A stretch of 54,308 nucleotides of DNA, filler included, from Dirinaria sp. TL-2023a (taxonomy: Eukaryota): NCBI GenBank assembly GCA_051941275.1. It is 2 parts of 2 records of this genome, joined end to end, with 100 filler letters (N's around TTAATTAATTAA, not from the genome) between each part and the next. Parts side by side here need not be neighbours in the genome. Positions count along the whole stretch, not along the records: positions 1 to 27,132 come from JAVEBF010000149.1; 1 more part is not named here. One strand, 5' to 3'. The position numbers and the translations under genes were made by a program. Of the stretch, positions 1-11,620 are shown piece by piece. Every line of letters begins with the position of its first letter. Position 1 is the first letter of the stretch. The notes below the pieces were generated by a model. That model ran no database searches, was not told the DNA's origin, and saw only the letters and a list, made by a program, of their open reading frames with translations.

Positions 1-1000
1 CTGGAGGAGGAGACGAAGACGGCAATGAGGTTGTTGGGAGTGGAGCGGGTGGAAGAGCTGGGGTTGAAACATGTGAGTTTATTGATGATTTTTTGTTCTT
101 TTGCGGCTGGGTTTGGCATGGCTGATCAATGTTTGCATTATCATAGATTAGCACGCGAACGCTCGAAGGATTGATATACAGCGGGCCAGCTGGGTTGGAA
201 GACGAGAAGGTGGGGAGGGTGGTGAAATTGTAGGTATGGGACTTGGACAAACTACCAATCGTAAGGTAGGATAAGGCTGGTAGGGGAAACTAAGTAGAGA
301 AGACATTGTGGACTGGGTCTTCGCAGATGCTTGCCAAAACACAAGGACACAAGGTGTAGGGGTCGGCTACGACTGTTTGAAACCGAGCACATGTGCTTCA
401 GGCACTCCAGAAGCTCTGAATTGTTGTTACCTAGCATTGCTGACTACATAGCTCGAACCAAGCATGAGCAAACGGGAGTTACTTGAAACCTTCTGATATC
501 GCTTCCTGCTCGATACCCATCACAGCAGCCCTCATGGCTGGCGCATCCAACCTCAACACGTGTCCAATGCAAATCATCCCATACAATCTGATCCACTATC
601 CCCAAATACTCATGCTACCAATTCTCTGTCGAATAGATGTTCTGTAGCCAGAACATGGTGGGGTATCTGAGTGAAGAGTTTCTCAAACCAAAATCCCCGA
701 CGCACGCCTGTTGATGACCAAAAACGCCATACTACATGCTAGAGGTCCGAATGAGCTGAGTAGTACTGCTCGCTGCATATAAATCATGCTGACAATGAAA
801 AGAATGACGAATTCCGAAATGTGCGTGCAGGGCCAGCCTGCTGGCCTGCTGGGAAGTCGGGGTGGTGTGTCTCGATTACAATACTGCTGTAGATGGTGAA
901 TAAGTGTCGCAACTGAATACCCGTTACAATTTGAGGGCAAAGAAGAGTCCCAAAAAACATGATTTGTCTAAATTCTTGCATTGTCCGCGATCGCAAGAGA

Positions 1001-2155
1001 TCACAGCAATGGCTCGAAGTAACCTTTATTGAACCATCCAACCCGATCATAGGCAGTCCAAAGCTTACTGGCCTTATTGACGTCGATTTTGCAAGCCTGT
1101 TGAGCGTCCGTCTTCCGAAACTCTTTCCCAATGCGAAGGGCTTGGAGCCGTGCCTCAAAAATGCGGCGCTTGCTGCAGAGATAGGTCGCACAACTGAGAC
1201 GGAGTGTAGCCGCAAGGTTGACCTCAGACTCGTGGAGCAAGTGGCGATCCGGATCATTCGAGAGGTTCAGCGGGTTATTGCTCGTCCAGTCGGCTTTGAG
1301 TGATTTGGGACTTGTTTGCAGCGTGGAGGTGGGAGGAGCGTAGTCTGGAAGAGAATTGTAGTCCACGTCTTCTGGGCGCTTTTGGCCTTGGGCTTTGAAC
1401 TCAGGCGTCTCGGATCGACCTTTGGATGGGTAGGCTAGAGCTTTAGCGATAGGCGATGGCTTGGGCGTACGCTTGACACGCTGAATTGGGGTTGCGTTGA
1501 CAGCCTTGCTAATAGGCTTCCGTGGCTGCCTAGCAGGCGGAGCAGGCGCAATGTTAACGTGCATCTTGACCTTCGTGCCAGGCGTTGCGCAGATACGCTT
1601 CGTCTTCCAATACTGATTTTCCGTCTCTTCACGAGCTCGCTTCATGAAGGCCCCCGGATTATGATTGAAGCTGCGGCCTAGTGTGGGCACGCATGACAGA
1701 GCCAGGAGATATTCCTCGCGGGTTGGCCGATTCAGCTTGTTGTCAAACTGATGTAAATGCATCGCCATGTGTTTCGAGACCAGCTCCTCTGCCATTCGCC
1801 GTGTGGGGCTGGAGGGAAACAGCGGCTGCTCAGCCAGACTGTCCTCGCTGCCTTCCCTCAACTCATAGAGTACTGGATCTCTCACCCTACTCTCTGGTGT
1901 GTCCGCAAGCCGACTCCTGCCTTGCTCCTTGTACGCTTTACCTGTCCAAGGGGAGACTGGCGGAGATGGTAGGATCCTCATTGCGTCTGGCGTCTTGCGA
2001 TTTGTGCGCTTGCTTATAGGAGGAAGGGTGTTCTCGGGGCTGTAAGAAGGCAAGCGATTATGTGTAGAGAGCGGCGAAGCATGTGGACTGAAATTCTCGA
2101 GCGGTTTGCTCTCCGGAGGAGACATGAGGCTTCGTATGGATGGTAACTGTGTCAT
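1001..2155 (-). CDS. FUN19: SWIRM-domain protein (Fun19-like chromatin protein)
   Basis: Intronless 384-aa ORF. C-terminal SWIRM signature LHESEVNLAATLRLSCATYLCSKRRIF...KTDAQQACKIDVNKASKLWTAYDRVGWF; S/P-rich N-terminus. Confidence 0.9.
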   Translation of the reverse strand: MTQLPSIRSLMSPPESKPLENFSPHASPLSTHNRLPSYSPENTLPPISKRTNRKTPDAMRILPSPPVSPWTGKAYKEQGRSRLADTPESRVRDPVLYELREGSEDSLAEQPLFPSSPTRRMAEELVSKHMAMHLHQFDNKLNRPTREEYLLALSCVPTLGRSFNHNPGAFMKRAREETENQYWKTKRICATPGTKVKMHVNIAPAPPARQPRKPISKAVNATPIQRVKRTPKPSPIAKALAYPSKGRSETPEFKAQGQKRPEDVDYNSLPDYAPPTSTLQTSPKSLKADWTSNNPLNLSNDPDRHLLHESEVNLAATLRLSCATYLCSKRRIFEARLQALRIGKEFRKTDAQQACKIDVNKASKLWTAYDRVGWFNKGYFEPLL

Positions 2156-3545
2156 GCTGATGGATCTGCTGTGGTGTTTGATGATCGTTGTCGGAAGCGG
2201 GTTGCGAATTGGTGGTTGGGAGACGGTTGCCGATGGATATAGTCGACCGCGCGTTGGCGGAAGGCTATGGAAGGCAATGGCTAACTAGCGATTGTATGAT
2301 TTGTAAGTCGTCTAGCAGTTGTCAGATTCGGACCAGATAAGTGGCAAATCCGGTGATGATGGACGATGGCTGTTGCCGGCAATTGCGGTTAAGTCCGTAG
2401 ACCCAAGACGTTGATGATTGTGTGGCGCGAGATTGTTCCTGCACAGCAGATGGATGAGGTGGCAAATGGTTCGGAGAGGGAGTGATGGAGCAAAGCAACA
2501 GGGTGTGTTGGAAATCGGAAGAAGGAGTAGAAGAGGATTTCATGAAATAATAATAATGGGGGCCGGTGAGCAAGAGTCATAGGATCATTGCAGGCAGCAA
2601 CGGGTGAATTGCGTGGTGGTTCAATGGGGAAAATCAATGAGGCAGGGCAAGGCTAGCCTTGGTGAATCAAAGAAGGCAACAAAGAAAAGAGAAAGAGAAG
2701 CAGAGAAGGAATGCTGTGCGCATTATTGAAGCAGCATGACAGTGTGAGCAAGGCCTCTGGCTCTTGTGGGTAGTAGCAGGCGCCTGGCAAAGTGAACATG
2801 GCCGTGTGGGTGTCAGCTGGTATTGTCCTTTCCATCATCAATGGCACACATGAAACGCTCATTGGCCAATGAATGCCAGAGGAGCCACACAGTACGGGAG
2901 CTACCCTCGATTGAGTAATCATGGGTTCATCGGGAAGAGACACCAACGGGGCGATATGGGCGAGAAACAAGTCATACGCCAATTGGGGCGACGAGCTGAA
3001 CAAACTGGATTCATTGTCTGGCTGGGGATGAGAAGATGCAAGAGTCATCCACAAAGCCCACGCTCGTCGCGCCAAACCCCATCCGGAACAAGCGCCGGAG
3101 AAGACCCTGAAATAGCCGATTGACTTTCCACAATCATAAATGTCGTCGTACGGAGTACAGAGAGGCGAGCCTCGTCCTACTACCTTAGTGGCACTACCTT
3201 ACTCTACCTCAGGATCAATACCTTACTGTAATGAAGGTAGGTCAGGTAATAATGGTCTAAGGTACCTATCTTACTTTTACCTTACTGGGAGTATCCCGTA
3301 CCTTACCTACAGGACATTCGGTTCCAGAAGGTATCTACCTCACAGCTCCAATTTCGAGGGATATTATTGCAATTGCCCATCAATTCATATTCTGTTTCGA
3401 TTGTCTTAGCTAGGCTATATGACAAATGTTACCCGAATGGAATTGATTCGTGAGTGATCTGATACTGCGGCGATGCTCGCGCTGTCCGGCTGATCCAAAA
3501 CAATTAAGGCACTGTTCACATGTGATTCCGACCCAAGTAAAGAAC

Positions 3546-3575
3546 CTTACCTTACCTTACCTTACCTTACCTTAC
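3546..3575. repeat. (CTTAC)6 pentanucleotide tandem repeat within a TACCTTA-rich intergenic cluster
   Basis: Six exact CTTAC units read directly. Confidence 0.95.
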
Positions 3576-4413
3576 TTCATGCCCTCCCTTACCTAAAGTA
3601 AAGTACTTAGGTACCTTAAGGTACCTTATTGCTCTCGGAGTACGGTTTGGGATCATGCGCTTCCGAACCGTAGGGATCATCCCTCTTTTACCCTCCTTTC
3701 CCATTCCACTGCGCTCGTCATGAGATCACCATTACCGCTCGTCACCAGGACAGTTACGGGTCGCTATGGCAAGGCGCACTGAATCACAAGCAACATGTTC
3801 CAGCTGCACAGGTGTTACGGTGCAGGTGTTCAATGCATACCTTACCTTCCACTGAGCAATCACCAGTCCACACGCTACTTTGGCCTCATACCCATCGTGA
3901 ACAGTGACGTCTCCTACAAACGCTGATATTGAATCGGAACCGTGGTCATTCTTTCCCCGCTCAATCGTTCTTTACGGGACGAATGTGCAAGAAGCTGTGG
4001 GCTGCTTAGGTGTGGGACCCTGGACGGGCATTGACCGTTTCACGGAGATGCTTGGGACACCTGATTAGGCCCGCTTTGACAATGGCTAGAATGATACCGA
4101 AGGCTCATTCGTCTGTATGCTAGCGCCTACCAGGCAGGAATAGGTTCCTACCGAATGCTATACAGGTTGGCGCAATTGAACTAAAAGTGCCTGATGCTGG
4201 TGCATGGAAATACGACACGCTCCGCTTGCAATGCTGCGTTATGAGAATGCGACCGCGCACGAGAAGGTGAAGTGATCATACAAGAAGTGAAGGATCCTGA
4301 CCAGATGCTGCTCCAACCGGACGTGCTTCCCGGCGATATGCAGAAGAGGTTGCTTAGGCAAGAAAGACCAATCCGTGCAATCCATCCAACTCTTCGCTCA
4401 GCTGCAGGCAATG

Positions 4414-5653
4414 CTAGTTCGGGCAAAGAGATTGGATGTGGCCGGGTTGCTGGAGAAAGCGAGCCAAGTCAGTGTTGCTGCGGCCTATATGTTCGTGGGC
4501 ATGCCTACCTTGCACTTGTAGCAGACACGCTCTGCTGTCTGCGGAGCTTGTCAGCACCATCCCATCAGCGACCGTCGGCGTGGCGGTACACGTACCTGGT
4601 CTGACGGGCAATCCCGTGAGAGGTGTCCGACCTCTCCACAGTTGTAGCATTTCCTGGAAAAGGGTATCAGATATCATACGACTGCAGAGAACGTAATGTG
4701 ACATACTGGCCTTGAGTGCAATCACCTTCAGAACCATGATATCAGCCTCGTTTCATGGAAAGTGATGACCTCAGGTTTACTTACGGGACATGTGTCCATA
4801 GCCACCACAGGAGTAACAAGTCTGGCCGGCGCGACCGCCGCTGCCTCCATATCCACCACCATAGCCGCCTTGATTGTAACCTCCACCGCCATAGCCACCT
4901 TCAGTGCAATTACGAGCGATGTGACCGACTTTTCCACATTTGTAGCATTCCTGACCTCCACCGCCGCCAGAGTAACCTCCGGAACCGCCGCCAAAACCGC
5001 CGCCCCCAGCTCCAGCAGCATTAGGGCAGTCGCCTGATCAAGCAAAATTAGCATTTCCCTAGTGCTTTGACGATAAGATTGCAATTTTCGTACGAGAGAT
5101 GTGGCCGGTCTCGCCGCAGCGATAGCAGGACTTCTCCTTCTGTCCAGACTTTAGCATCTTCGTTACTCTGTCGCAGCCCAATGGCCCTATATTGAGCGGA
5201 CCTGAGGTTGGTTGCATTCACGGCTAACCTAATTGAAGGCTCATCGTTAGCATTCTATCACGAAACATCTTCGCATACTGCGATGCAGGACCTACATGAC
5301 CCTCTTCTCCACAGTTGTAGCAGGTTGGAGTGCCACGTTTGGGGCAGTCGCGAGCTTGATGAGAAGCGTCGCCACCTAAAGATTTACATTGTTAGCATCT
5401 GTTTGATACCTTACTGAACAATGGGACACTGTGGTGAATCAGAAAGGATTCAACAAGATCAGGCTTCTAGGCCTTGCTGCAAACATCGAGCCTGCCACCA
5501 GAGGACCAGGTGAGACAATGAGATGAAAAACGATCGATTCAATTGAAGATATCAGAGCCGGGACAGGAAATTAAGAGATGCGCTGAAGTATGGGGTAATA
5601 TCAATAATCTTACAGTTGTAGCAGCCACGACCACCAGGAGTTTGATAGTCCAT
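4414..5653 (-). CDS. CCHC zinc-knuckle nucleic-acid binding protein (CNBP/Gis2/Byr3 family), multi-exon
   Basis: Spliced reading [68 protein letters not shown]... with repeated CX2CX4HX4C knuckles and a Gly-rich linker, ending [16 protein letters not shown] introns; intron 1 is 5376-5613. Confidence 0.92.
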
Positions 5654-6264
5654 CTCTTTGGTGGTAAGTCGTCTAAAATCGCGTCAGTCAGAAAGATTCT
5701 GGGGTGTCGCGAACAAGCATTTGCACAAAAACAGACATCTGCTCCGAGCGAATCAAATATGGCAGTACTCACAAAAATAGGTGGTGAAAGCACAGCAAAG
5801 AAAGGATCAGCCAGTCAGTGTGGTTATTGCTGAGCACTGTGTTGTTGGCAAGGACAGTCAGTACTGTTGAGCACTTCTGGAGCTGATGAAGATTTGGTTC
5901 GGTACCTTTTGGCTGATGCTGATCGTGTGGATGCGTAGTGGGGGAACTAGGGTTTCAGTCATTGGTTCGTTTAGCTGATGCTAAACGGTCGAGACGGTCC
6001 GAAGTGATGCCCCTGCTTATCTTGACGCGACGTCATGCATGACCCCAGATTTGGTACCTGAGGCTAGAGTTGATTAAAGGTCCTCATCCCATAGGTACAG
6101 CACCTCACAAGTTGCAGGGTATCAGCCAGATATTCTATGGCTAGATGCCCATAAGATGCATAGAAATTGCCTTTTTATAGTGATCGATCTACCACCGGAT
6201 TCCTCTGCATATTCTCGCAGATGAAGAATTCTCGGTCTATATGTTGAGACAGGTAATGATAATT

Positions 6265-7967
6265 TCATGTGAAGTCGTACACAACCAAAGTTTGGGTTCC
6301 TTCCTGTCTTTCGCGAAGCAATACCACTGACTCTTCATTAAACTCTACCCAGCCTTTGGCGTTCACTGGTTCCTCCTGCCGGTATCCAAAATCGAGATTA
6401 GTGTGTGAAGGTCGTTTGATTGTGGACCACGCAGTCCCAACACCGTCCCCTCTCCAATTGGAAACTACCTCAGGCCTCACCTGCACGCTCGTTTCACCAG
6501 CAGCTATACGACGCCGTGCATAGTGTGACGGTGTCCCTCCCTCAAGCTCCCAGACCCGCAATTCGTTGCCATGTTTGCTCACAGAAACTGCTTTACCGCG
6601 GTCGCCGACACAGGCACCAGATACTGACGAAGTATGACCCCATAGGCGGCGCCCGCTTCCTATGAACAGAGTGTCGGCAGTGGATGTGATCATGTACAAC
6701 GTTAGGGTATTATCTGCATGAGCTGCGAGGAGATATGGATGTGTGTATGATAGTGACGTGGGCCTTGATGGATGAGGAAGCTCGGATAACTCTGCCATGC
6801 CATGTGGAGAAGGCGGTCGACTATGTGCCGTGGATAAAGGAGAGAATCCCTGGGTCTGGGCAGAAGCTAGGCGTGATTCTAGAACTGTGCCCTCTGGCGT
6901 TAGGAGAAGTTCCTGAAGCCCAACCGACCAACCTGCAAGGTAGGTTGGCATTGAGTAGGCTATTGAGGCGAAGATACTAGAGGGCGAAACTCGAATCGCA
7001 AGGGAAAGGGGTGGCCAGGCGGTGTGCGACTTGAGCGACGACAGTAAGCGTGGACTGTCCATTTTAGTCTCTTGGGGCCCAGTGCTAGCTTTTGGATCGA
7101 AAAAGTATAGGGAAAGTAAGCGTGCTTGGGTCATAGTGAGCAGGTAAGGCGCACTATAGGCAATGGCCGAGATCGTTCCGTTAGTTGAAGGAGCATGCAT
7201 GTAGCACAATGCAAATTCAGGCTTTCGTCTATCGAGTTGGTAGACGCCGAACCTGCCATTGGCGAAGCCAACAGAGATGCCGAGTAGATCTTGTGCTGTA
7301 GATCCATCTATGGCTAGCGATGTTGGAACTGATAATGGGTCGCTTTCCTCAAGATCTTGATCCAGAACTCGGCTTGTAATTAGTCTTTGTTCGCCAGTCA
7401 TTTTCCATGCACGTAGACCTTCGGTAGCATCTACTGTGACTACTTGATTGTCATGCAATCTTACTAGGAGTGGGGGAACCGATGGCTGATCTGCGACACG
7501 AGTTTCGGTGACATTGCAGCTTCCCTTAGCCCAATTGTGCCTGATTTTGTACTGCCTTTTCCAATTCGTCTCTCGGTCATTTCTCGCTAAACGGTCTTCT
7601 TCAAGCCACTTGGATATCTTGGATGAGAAGTATAGAGACTTTGCGATCAGCTCATGACTACGAAGTCCAGGTATTCGCATCGCTCTGGGCCGGACGAAGC
7701 GGTCATAATATGCGGATTTCCATAGTTGAGAGTCATCTGCGAGAGCACCTAAGCGCCGCGAAAGCCTGTAAATCCAGTTATATTACTACAGGTAGCGATG
7801 TCTGCATACGCATACCTATGGCAAAGGATCAAATCGGATATTGTGAGATAGGATAACGTCCTCAGGATGAGTTCGTCGCTTAGAGCAGAGAGCCTATCAA
7901 CTGCGCTGAGACGAACTCGTTTGGTTGGTTGCTCGTCGTGCACGACACCATGGCCGCGCTTTGACAT
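6265..7967 (-). CDS. F-box and WD40-like repeat protein (SCF substrate adaptor)
   Basis: Exon 1 has an F-box (LSALSDELILRTLSYLTISDLILCHR). One GT-AG intron joins it to LSRRLGALADDSQLWKSAYYDRFVRPR and the 471-aa ORF with WD-like LWGHTSSVSG...ELRVWEL. Confidence 0.85.
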
Positions 7968-8370
7968 TGCGAGGAAGGTAGAAAATACAGATGGAATTGA
8001 GAGATTCTATAGAAGAAAGTAGGCGCAATTGGTGGAAGGAGCAGAGCAAGGATAGCTTGCCTCCTTACCTATCCTCGTTATCTTACGAATCATACAAGGA
8101 GCGGGAGTACTTCGGTGCTTCCTGATAAGGTAAGGTACCATACGAGCTTACCTTAAGGTACGCTCCTATGGTAGCTTACTAAGGTATGTAAGATACCTAG
8201 CTTAGGACCGCCACCAGCTCCGGGCCCGCCTTATCTTATCCCCACAGCGCGTCAAGCGCGTTCATTCATTGAGTCGTGGACTTACCTACTACGTCTCATG
8301 CTTTCTTCCGTATTCATGGAGATATCGATGTCAAGGCTGTTCCGGGGCCCTATTGAGATCTAAATTGCGG

Positions 8371-11183
8371 ATGGAAGGCATTGAAAAGCATAAAAAGGAA
8401 TTTGTTGAAAGCTTCATAAAGGGGTTGGAATCTTTTGAACGGCAATTGCTGGACGAAATTGCAGTCCGTATGTTGACTTTTTCTGCCATTCAAAGGTTAA
8501 CCACAAAGCTCAGTCTTGTTACTTAGGTGATGACCCCGCGAAAGAGACCCAGAAAAGCCTTCGCGAGGCGCAAATTGCCGCCAGAAGAGACGCTAGGCGG
8601 ATCGCAGCCTTAGAACGAGAGTTGGCCTACTTGCGTGCCCAACCCGATTACGTGGATCAAGAAACCCACGCAGCTTCTTCGTCAGATGCTACCCTAAATA
8701 CCCCGCCTCTGGACTCCAGGAAAGCCCTTGCCAATGCGGGTACACAGTGTGAACTTGTGTCAGCGGAAGAGTTCAGGCAATTGCAACAAAACTATTCCCG
8801 CCTTGAACAGGACTACGGAAAACTTGCCATCGCGCGTAATATAGTGGAGGAAAAGCTTAGAAGCAGTCAGAAGATGGTGCGCAAGTGGAAAGCATATTTT
8901 GATAAGAGGGGTTCCGAGTCTAGGAAGCAAACGATCCGAAATGGTACTATCAGCAGCAGTACTGTTGCCTCAAGCGAAACAGGTGGATTCATACGTGCCT
9001 CGAGTGCACCTGCATACATGTCTTTGGTAAGGCAGGGTGGACCGAGTTCTGAGTCGGAGGTCGTTTGTCCTACAGTGCCTGCGGCTGCATTCCATAGTAA
9101 CGGTGGATCCCACGATAATGCCACGTATCAAGCACTAATATCAACGGGGAGCAATTTCTATCAAGTAACTAGCGGCTTGGAGAATGACAAAGCTGCGACT
9201 TTGGACGACACTGAAGATACCACGGCGCCAGATTCTGCCGACGAGAAGGGAAGGGAGCCTTTGCAGCCGACTGCTTTAATCGAACGGGTAGAAGATGATT
9301 CTCCAGTTTTGCTGTCAACCCGTGCAGTCAAGCGAAAACGCTACCGAGAATCTCCCCCACCAAATGCTATGCCTGGATTACCCCACAGCAAAAACCCTTT
9401 GCCAGGTACAGCTGAAAAGCCTGTTCACATTAAAAGTGATCAGAGTTCTAGCCCGTTGGTGGTAGTGCGGTCTCAGCATCTTGACGAGCATGATAGTATG
9501 GACCTGGACGAAGTAGGAAGTAAGACCCCAACTCCCAGGAAACGTCGGCGACATGACATAGTGCGGCTCCCATTCACCATTTGTGAGCCATTGTCGCCTA
9601 CAGACGGCCACGAGCATGATTCAGACCGGCTCACAAGAAATGATACTGCATCCCGCCAAGAAAGCGAAAAAAGGTTCAGGGATCAATCAAGCAACGTAAG
9701 TCCCTCATCGATACTTGACGAAGAAGCGTGTAAGAAGAAACGTGACCAGTACGCCGCTTTGCTGTGGGCAAAGCAGCAAGAGAAAGACGTAAAGCCCGGA
9801 GGCTTTAGCAGTGTCGAAGGTTCGTCTACTCCACTACATATAGCGGATGAACCACGACAGAAACGGAGCTTTCTGTTCAACCAGGCGGTACGAACTAGAA
9901 GAGCCAAAGAAAGGACCGACGAAGCCCATTTGTCAGCCGATACGAAAGGCACTGAGATAGTGCCAAAAAGAACAATCTGTCATGACCAAGGCGAGCGCGC
10001 CAGGCCACCGACGTCCAAAAAAACATTGCACCTTGTCGGGCCTAGCGGTGAGTCTCTCTCTAATGAAGCTGGGAGCCCACAATCTATATTGCAGCCTGCT
10101 GACCCAAATATCCTTCCGCGGACTGGCGGCCTCATCAAGAGGAAAGTTCCGACCCCCAGCCGCCGCGACCGTGGTTGTGCACCCGTGGAGGTGCTCGCAG
10201 AAGATGGCGAAACCAAAGCTAAATCATTAACTCATAATCACCATAGAGTATCGAAAGCGCCAGAAGCTGAAGAACGGCTCGAAAGTCTTCTTGCGCAACG
10301 GCAACCAGACAAACCGCTGTTACCGCCCGAAACACCAGGCGCCAAAAAAAGAACTCCTTTATCAAGGCATAGTATCACAACTCTCGGTGGACAAGTTGAT
10401 GTCTTGACGGCCAAGAATGGGTTAACACCTGCTGCATCTGGAGCATCAAACCAAAACGCTGGCAAAAATTCGAACCAATCTTCAATTGACCATCGGCCGA
10501 AGAAGCCAATCCCTATTGACATCGCCCTAGGATCTACCAGGCCAAGCTCGACTGGATTTCTAACCTCTACAGGCCCGAAATCTTTATCGCCACGGAGAAC
10601 AGCAGTGGTTTCCCTAAAGAGCCCAATCCGTAACTGGCCTAGAGAAATTCTTCGCCGCGAGCATTTTAAGCCGAATCCCTCGCATAATTCAGGATACTCC
10701 TACGCTTACCGCGAATCTATCCGCAACCATGACGAGCGCAAATGTCTCCCAGGCTGCAGCCGCCCAGATTGCTGCGGTGATGTAGTCCGGAAAATGCTCG
10801 CTATTGGCGGTCCGATCATGAATACTAGAACAAGTCTATTCTCACCAGCTTCTAAAGCCCCTGAAAACGACGACGGCGTAGATCACGGCTTGCTCAAAGA
10901 CTATATGGGAGACAATTACCGCTGCTGGGCAACAATGACTGACAAGGAGAAGCAAATCGAGTGGGCGCAGGCGCAAGCGTGGGACTTTAGCAAACGATAT
11001 GGCCGGCATAAGGATAGTGGAAGGCAAACCACGCCGCCGGGCTATTGGAAGGTGGATATGGCGAGCACGCAAGAAAAGGAGCAGCAGGATGAAGAGGCGG
11101 AGATGATGGAGAGGGCGGTGGTGGAGGGGAGATGGAGGGAGGCGATGAGGAAGGGAGGTGCGTGGGTATTTGCTGACGAATAG
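8371..11183 (+). CDS. DNA end-resection protein Sae2/CtIP/Ctp1 family
   Basis: ATG at 8371 and a GTATGT...TTAG intron ending at 8526 join in frame to the 853-aa ORF. N-terminal coiled coil; C-terminal SAE2-domain motifs RKCLPGCSRPDCC and YGRHK...TPPGYW. Confidence 0.85.
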
Positions 11184-11620
11184 AGGCTAGCTGGAACGCC
11201 ATTCATGGGTTGCTGTTACAATTTGGATGATGGTTGGTCGAGGAGGCCGACCGAAAACGTAGTGAATCACAGACTGACATGAGGTGATCGCGCTTGTTGC
11301 TTTTCGCCACTTAGCTGGCCATTTCCTTCCATACTCGACTGCCCCGAATTGCAATAATACTATAACTTCATCAGATCAGCAGCTGCAGTGTTCAAAGACT
11401 CCCGTGCCGATACATTATTTACAATAACGCTTATAGCTTAGATGACAAGCACTATACAGCATGGCCATGATACAGTGGCATGAGACACAGCCCTTCCTCG
11501 ACGTGCGACACTCGACTCAGGGCCTCGCGAGATGCTCGCTGACTTTACCTCCTACATCAAAAGCATTGAGGAATGTGTTTCGACGCTGGAAACACGCTCA
11601 GGCTATAGGTCCAATACGGT

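Noticed and set aside
1..960. Short ORFs at the left edge
   Set aside because: No recognisable domain; looks like UTR or promoter sequence of FUN19 and of a gene outside the window.
2156..3420. ORFs upstream of FUN19 (e.g. 2653-3075 minus)
   Set aside because: Low-complexity leader-like sequence with no protein-family features.
3546..3630. Repeat array as CRISPR or telomere
   Set aside because: No spacers, eukaryotic context, and the unit is CTTAC rather than TTAGGG.
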